A stretch of DNA of 64,000 nt from a virus (taxonomy: Duplodnaviria > Caudoviricetes): IMG/VR virus record IMGVR_UViG_3300028364_000013; one strand, written 5' to 3'. Every line of letters starts with the position of its first letter. Position 1 is the stretch's first letter. The translations under genes and the position numbers were made by a program. Under the pieces are notes generated by a model that was not told where the DNA came from, did no database searches, and was given only the letters and a program-made list of their open reading frames with translations. This document shows, piece after piece, positions 63,185-64,000 of the stretch.

Positions 63185-63789
63185 TCTTCAAGTGCTTTTT
63201 TAATATCTTCTAAAAAATCATACAATTCTTTATCAGCATGCATGCCAACATCAATTTTATGATTAAGCTCTTCTGAAAGCTTAAACCTCTCAACGCTTAT
63301 CGCATAATGCTCGAATAAACCATTAAAGTATTCCTGTCGATACTCACCATCATTTTCATGTATTGTTCTAATAAGCTCTCCATCTTGGTCGAAGAATGCG
63401 TCACAATAAGGAACGCTTACAATAAACATTTTTTTATTAGCCATTTTCTTTACTTTTTTTCTTTTATGCTTACCTCCAACCACTTCAACGACAACTCCAT
63501 AAACAGCTTTTGTCCATCCATTTACATACCCTTGATTGTTTGAAATCTGACAACCACGCTTATCATCTTTTGCAGTAACAAGGTGAGTGTACCAATTTCC
63601 TTTAACTTTGCAGTATGCAATATCTCCAACCTGAACGCTATCGCATGTAGCAGGAGCAAGCATATGTTCTTGGCCAGACTTAATAAGAGGAACCATAGAG
63701 TTACCTTTCTCGCTCGTCAAGAAAGATTCTCCACTTTGTAGTCGTTCTAATTTGTAATTTCTTGCCATTGTTTTTATCTCTCGATGCAA
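63181..63789 (-). CDS. S24/S26 peptidase-like domain; probably two genes joined by an indel near 63454-63460
   Basis: GNSMVPLIKSG...GDI...HLV motif; a second start MANKK at 63444. Confidence 0.55.
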   Translation of the reverse strand: MHREIKTMARNYKLERLQSGESFLTSEKGNSMVPLIKSGQEHMLAPATCDSVQVGDIAYCKVKGNWYTHLVTAKDDKRGCQISNNQGYVNGWTKAVYGVVVEVVGGKHKRKKVKKMANKKMFIVSVPYCDAFFDQDGELIRTIHENDGEYRQEYFNGLFEHYAISVERFKLSEELNHKIDVGMHADKELYDFLEDIKKALEE

Positions 63790-63870
63790 ATGTATAGCAA
63801 ATATTTCAATTAAAAAAATTTTGTTCTTATGATTTATTTAGACTATATTTACACACAGATAATTGACAAC

Positions 63871-64000
63871 ATGAACGACAGCAAGAAAGAGAAAGTAACA
63901 GGAATTATAGATAAGATAATTTTTCACAATCAAGATAATGGATACTATATACTAAGCGTATCTCTTCCAAATGATGAAGATGTAACCATTACAGCAAGCC
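63871..64000 (+). CDS. RecD2-like helicase, N-terminal fragment (runs off the window)
   Basis: VTGIIDKIIFHNQDNGYYILSV resembles the RecD2 N-terminus. Confidence 0.6.
   Translation, partial: MNDSKKEKVTGIIDKIIFHNQDNGYYILSVSLPNDEDVTITAS

Noticed and set aside
7094-63460. Programmed frameshifting at several sites (7094, 27360, about 31050, about 34060, about 45985, about 63455)
   Set aside because: Each is a +/-1 change inside an A/T homopolymer, and where the protein context is interpretable it restores a normal protein. The pattern fits long-read assembly error; raw reads would decide.
208-63543. Numerous 60-140 aa plus-strand ORFs in the track (e.g. 208-417, 2105-2677, 6456-6887, 45134-45493)
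   Set aside because: They are antisense shadows of better minus-strand genes, with Ser/Phe/Leu-rich composition and no promoter or start context.
63181-63789. Novel peptidase fusion protein
   Set aside because: One fewer A in the run at 63454-63460 gives a stop followed by a clean second start (MANKK), so the fusion is probably artefactual.
120-64000. Stop-codon reassignment (as in recoded Bacteroidetes phages)
   Set aside because: Code-11 ORFs tile the window densely, and known proteins (PARP, def, tdk, ligase, coaE) are full length with no internal TAG or TGA.

Overview
AT-rich, gene-dense segment of a large (jumbo-type) lytic phage genome. The host is probably a Bacteroidetes (Flavobacteriaceae-like) bacterium, judged from TAnnTTTG host-type promoters, no Shine-Dalgarno motifs and dense small-ORF arrays. 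Almost all genes are on the minus strand. Most transcription units start at one bipartite promoter (TAGAACA-N15-CGTATAA, 21 copies counted). Recognisable genes: WGR-PARP, P-loop kinase, RyR, ASCH and HAD proteins, peptide deformylase, PG-binding amidase, thymidine kinase, S3-like KH protein, phosphoesterase-NDT fusion, ATP-dependent DNA ligase, RadA/Sms-like ATPase, TnpB, dephospho-CoA kinase, PcfJ-like protein, dCMP deaminase, PD-(D/E)XK nuclease, class III nucleotidyl cyclase, the start of a RecD2-like helicase, several homing-type endonucleases, tRNA-Arg and three tRNA-like genes. The most notable structure is not visible in the ORF track. (1) An integron-like array of single-gene cassettes with attC-like palindromes splits a resident membrane-protein gene (45.9-47.8 kb). 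(2) An NAD-dependent ligase has been replaced in place by an ATP-ligase/endonuclease block, leaving its N- and C-terminal stumps. (3) Three endonuclease insertions each sit beside a duplicated gene terminus, with an orphan copy left behind. (4) A TnpB-only IS200/IS605 element sits in the T-loop of a tRNA-Tyr-like gene within a cluster of unassigned structured RNAs. Several single-base homopolymer indels suggest assembly errors, so small frameshifts should be treated cautiously. All protein assignments come from motif recognition by eye; no database searches were run.
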